Virus record (IMG/VR): IMGVR_UViG_3300042564_000253
From: a virus
Lineage: Duplodnaviria > Heunggongvirae > Uroviricota > Caudoviricetes
Length of the DNA stretch: 44,406 nucleotides
Direction: 5' to 3' (one strand)
Positions 44,401 through 44,406 of the stretch are shown here, piece after piece. Each line of letters opens with the position of its first letter. The stretch's first letter is position 1. The notes under the pieces are model-generated. The model was not told the DNA's origin, did not search any database, and saw only the letters and a program-made list of their open reading frames with translations. Both the position numbers and the translations under genes were made by a program.

Positions 44401-44405
44401 CTTAA
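35490..44405 (-). CDS. virion-packaged two-barrel RNA polymerase of crAss-like type (5'-truncated)
   Basis: AGSDFDIDKL at 38679-38693, upstream GFRVPAQ..SS, downstream K..IGIAA; two HExxH motifs; frame stays open to the window edge. Confidence 0.88.
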   Translation of the reverse strand, partial: LRLMSEDVQKKAKDGKDVEFNPLYANFLQNVLFWKKGADTKNNQMYIDDRTMDLYLGGKKYNFANLAISEKEIVSQLQNTFNTVNNDSVKKNDEEFTELYFEDKYLKDRQWPNYQSYLLSSKLPNGKGRSIKDTPLSTSVTKPSDRVPYNYRQKYVTLGGLELAVQKITKPVAPVAKGGATEIGGYKMDGTTTHTRELKALGNVTFTARLNSNGVPAVTVDTIENLESIVADPAKTAPYFDFLKNNKDASGKSLFDATRSEQELMYDFASIAIANQLNKMKNAETAPAAQPTPVVSNEKGFQGYKGGFENTGKGTVQGDGKDKAMRQVANGAIVELASNKDSSSKTSLGEVGLPKEGDKVIMLARNGSLSGKALRAETKEQIRQANLNGAEFVVGDMPGVDIQFIDYLQEIGAKFTIYHTGATSRTTIGGLVDDIAPAPTVQENVEKLEQLEDTVDDAQEKALEDEINRQIAEKVNALGKTKAPKKRYREIAGLDVPRMTDAELQLFKEWHAKNAAGIPFEVLQRVMTTNDGRQAWGVFENGVAKFYKSAARGTEYHEIFHGIFGGFLSAEERQLIFDEFKSKSGKFKDRATGSMIYYEEATDQQAEERIADDFADFRLGKLPAKSIGERILKFFRSIIQFVREFVNKPSKKDELFKAIDAGKFKDTKLNPAVYNQLTQWSVIPGLDETTTHESVQDVAARFFFEVFSKNMDLYNPKLLTSPEIFDTIKEEFAEEGKLDVLGEEGWSQLVKKSREFLRTFKIQFDENNVIVFNNDDNTNRDYAPEPFSVDWKKQSSFPIKITVGSLVLTVPTNQENALRLQMPDEVISGSAKGFMLLNFSRAFATILNKISNTSSVGKVVDKLLTLAKQDSNYVRLWSKLGGTIDKLDAENKETAMDYSKFKAHDWRLFINFYQTFTKQHPNARIQYVSDDEVYTGSAELSDAIDDVVEGWIEGIKALSKDSKSLIVLDKPNKVYKVGDLSNIEIKNPEQMVEFLGNIGVIFPIDIYNKLTTREKNVFGRSVGGLLTSLRSKSDILSSITSKLLDIKGPLNAMGEMLVRVTNPNFDPTHTNVEGEKTNGYSENNNPSVFENEWKEAGTLENLKQARPELNDPFSTNSLVLKKDGLYIDEDGKIKKDLKISYIQGTKDIDTDDGTSTSKLTLGNRYTQEINENVNGRFYILLPAESSTEWEMDLGVNVPFKQFGTKVGWDNTYKIFQGYLKDDIALAKDADVRKKLKNIGDRAYDLRFFKDILSEDMLAKINTELVMKSASDEEVIAFIAENEEEINGSIKGYFDEYINTTIATLKEYKQVVPTANKKAWMYPMLNSVFAKNSGINRYGLTDEKLRNLIEYVNINYVISNIEFHKILFGDPYQFALKEGESEETKRIKSFLSPRRTTFDSPEYNEFLNNEFNKAGEIELTPDDLGYHEHKSHTNTVTIKEIYVEGGLMGRTKEADAQSWIMDTTNREVKLKNAQWTDEAEIFHQWQMAYTRNRMAAKGKYTYTNDTLKKQDAALIETPVPKYGVEVLKPIVTGNKLGKTYFELVLDKFSQLPLYYQAIEGTTLEGLYIKMWEEKIGYAILESGRKMGTTEAFDLYKDGKLNPEPFNNLVQVPWKAYGIQVETNYDVVKAQTRGSQPTKLVTVDLFDNGVPVSQKAKEATDRNNNILDLMHENAYNVLLERLGIEDLGTEFILANKQAVSNTLVYEMLRRELDENAKDTVQLDSKGEFPIPFEASPSYKQIKDILYSVVQKTMVSPKVNGGPKVQVSVTGWENLEKGRRLAIKTEDGYKEISREDYDKLSDEEKKKVVLTDDTLKFYTKDDPYMEIMLPHWFGDTLRKTTKYKTDEEIINYLNITEEGKSILRGIGFRVPAQELSSLVTFRVKKFLPQFMGESVVVPSEITTLAGSDFDIDKLNTYLKSIYIDVNGNIRLVKWLGSEEATKDFFRGVYKDTIQRDIDKIEEFEEFRSKLVDVLSKLERIEGAASPESLESALTPSELDFFYDRLSIFKAITDQAAQKDLTAVDYMNKQIEDLSINKEKLTKDILSNSLREDYVKDMYKRSLENEYYDSMEELLTLPENFERLISPVNDAGLEKLSVRIGKLVNPKGDQVKNKILNRNFMTKLRHYFVTAKRWIGIAATNITSHSLFQKGQIYLNPERFFMLPQQDRKFIGDGSIILPHNKVKIGDKEYASLSGTKTADGKKQYISSRLSGYGTSFVDVANKPYIVELVTSDLSVGTFMFLERIGAGEYTGIFMSQPIIREYLKQLDSQNKKGLFSKLSIEAIKSRFITTSKAIETARIDINNLEANIADYYAGSELGTERNAEQHKILDEFLKYAKLAEYNFDLTQAINYDTTRYRSGDTLFKKQVRTDITITRSPFSGIAELLDPENPKIFIAKQRHLLDLSMEGMGVILKLEQDQFRINVIDPLLKPYARNKYVGADDFERIANKLKASFLDYIIQTKTGFNLEINKLFVNPKTSVSAQLEEAKKISSNPILNDFKVISSPRPDGVMSVKLTVNIKGSAYDKNLYIGYMRQLRDTPSTNALYKDLVKMALLQGTYENGISIASIIPIEDSSKYVAPIMAPLVYDESLDAFADGGFQRNNWKDNKVFKKFEPKFWLADEAPVDVQVNDFGDIIGDIYQYQSSDYFPSIDKFGLSTDRRILALSEEYDSFYLSNDYLLVPRVVTTKYGERVDMQTGLSITNYSYVERKNQGDMSLKNVYGYKKVYYDDGTPVTYQTTTYKGEVINKHVYKLINLYGDGRLVSEYYTDTRKSVLNNGTEKIENEISDDNIRQYFNELGGQNPVSSQSTEPYIQIPEYVTDTKLKNADGTKRFAQASKLGTITINPPKSVDEFFNYLEGKEGGPTSEQKAKVLNKLADKGYTLDVIKTILNSVDKIINFLVLHEKDHVENNDIDVYWKNGKDLLTDDKVDIETRATVAAFEKLGGIPSVIDIEFEDVNTNDTEGSDNPTPCGTKQ

Positions 44406-44406
44406 T

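Noticed and set aside
35490-44405. Intein or intron within the RNA polymerase gene
   Set aside because: The frame is continuous, and I saw no Hint-type termini (C...HN-C/S/T) or LAGLIDADG/HNH motifs by eye.
1-44406. Stop-codon reassignment, seen in some crAss-like phages
   Set aside because: Standard-code ORFs tile the window densely, including the multi-kb genes, and TAG (13866-13868) and TGA serve as ordinary stops at gene overlaps.

Overview
AT-rich bacteriophage DNA, most consistent with an environmental crAss-like (Crassvirales-related) phage of a Bacteroidota host. The right end encodes a 5'-truncated giant two-barrel virion RNA polymerase (DFDID motif) and a 1653-aa ejection-type protein with a PD-(D/E)XK nuclease domain. 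Moving left are five fibre genes built from Gly-Thr/Ser-Ser triplet repeats, three of which continue into Gly-Pro-X collagen and end in S74 chaperones. Next is a ~10 kb modification cluster: APS kinase, HxGH nucleotidyltransferase, sulfotransferase, methyltransferase, four 2OG-Fe(II) oxygenases, GT4/GT9/GT25-like glycosyltransferases and a TibC/AAH-type protein O-heptosyltransferase. Further left are a GH19 lysis cassette, a plant HPAT/SERGT-like glycosyltransferase embedded among small poly-Thr proteins, a Dps-like protein, a run of Lys-rich small proteins, and a GroES-like/GT2/methyltransferase group. Main hypothesis (inference): the phage encodes its own protein O-glycosylation, hydroxylation and sulfation system that decorates Ser/Thr-rich virion appendages. 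All family assignments come from motif recognition by eye; no database searches were run.
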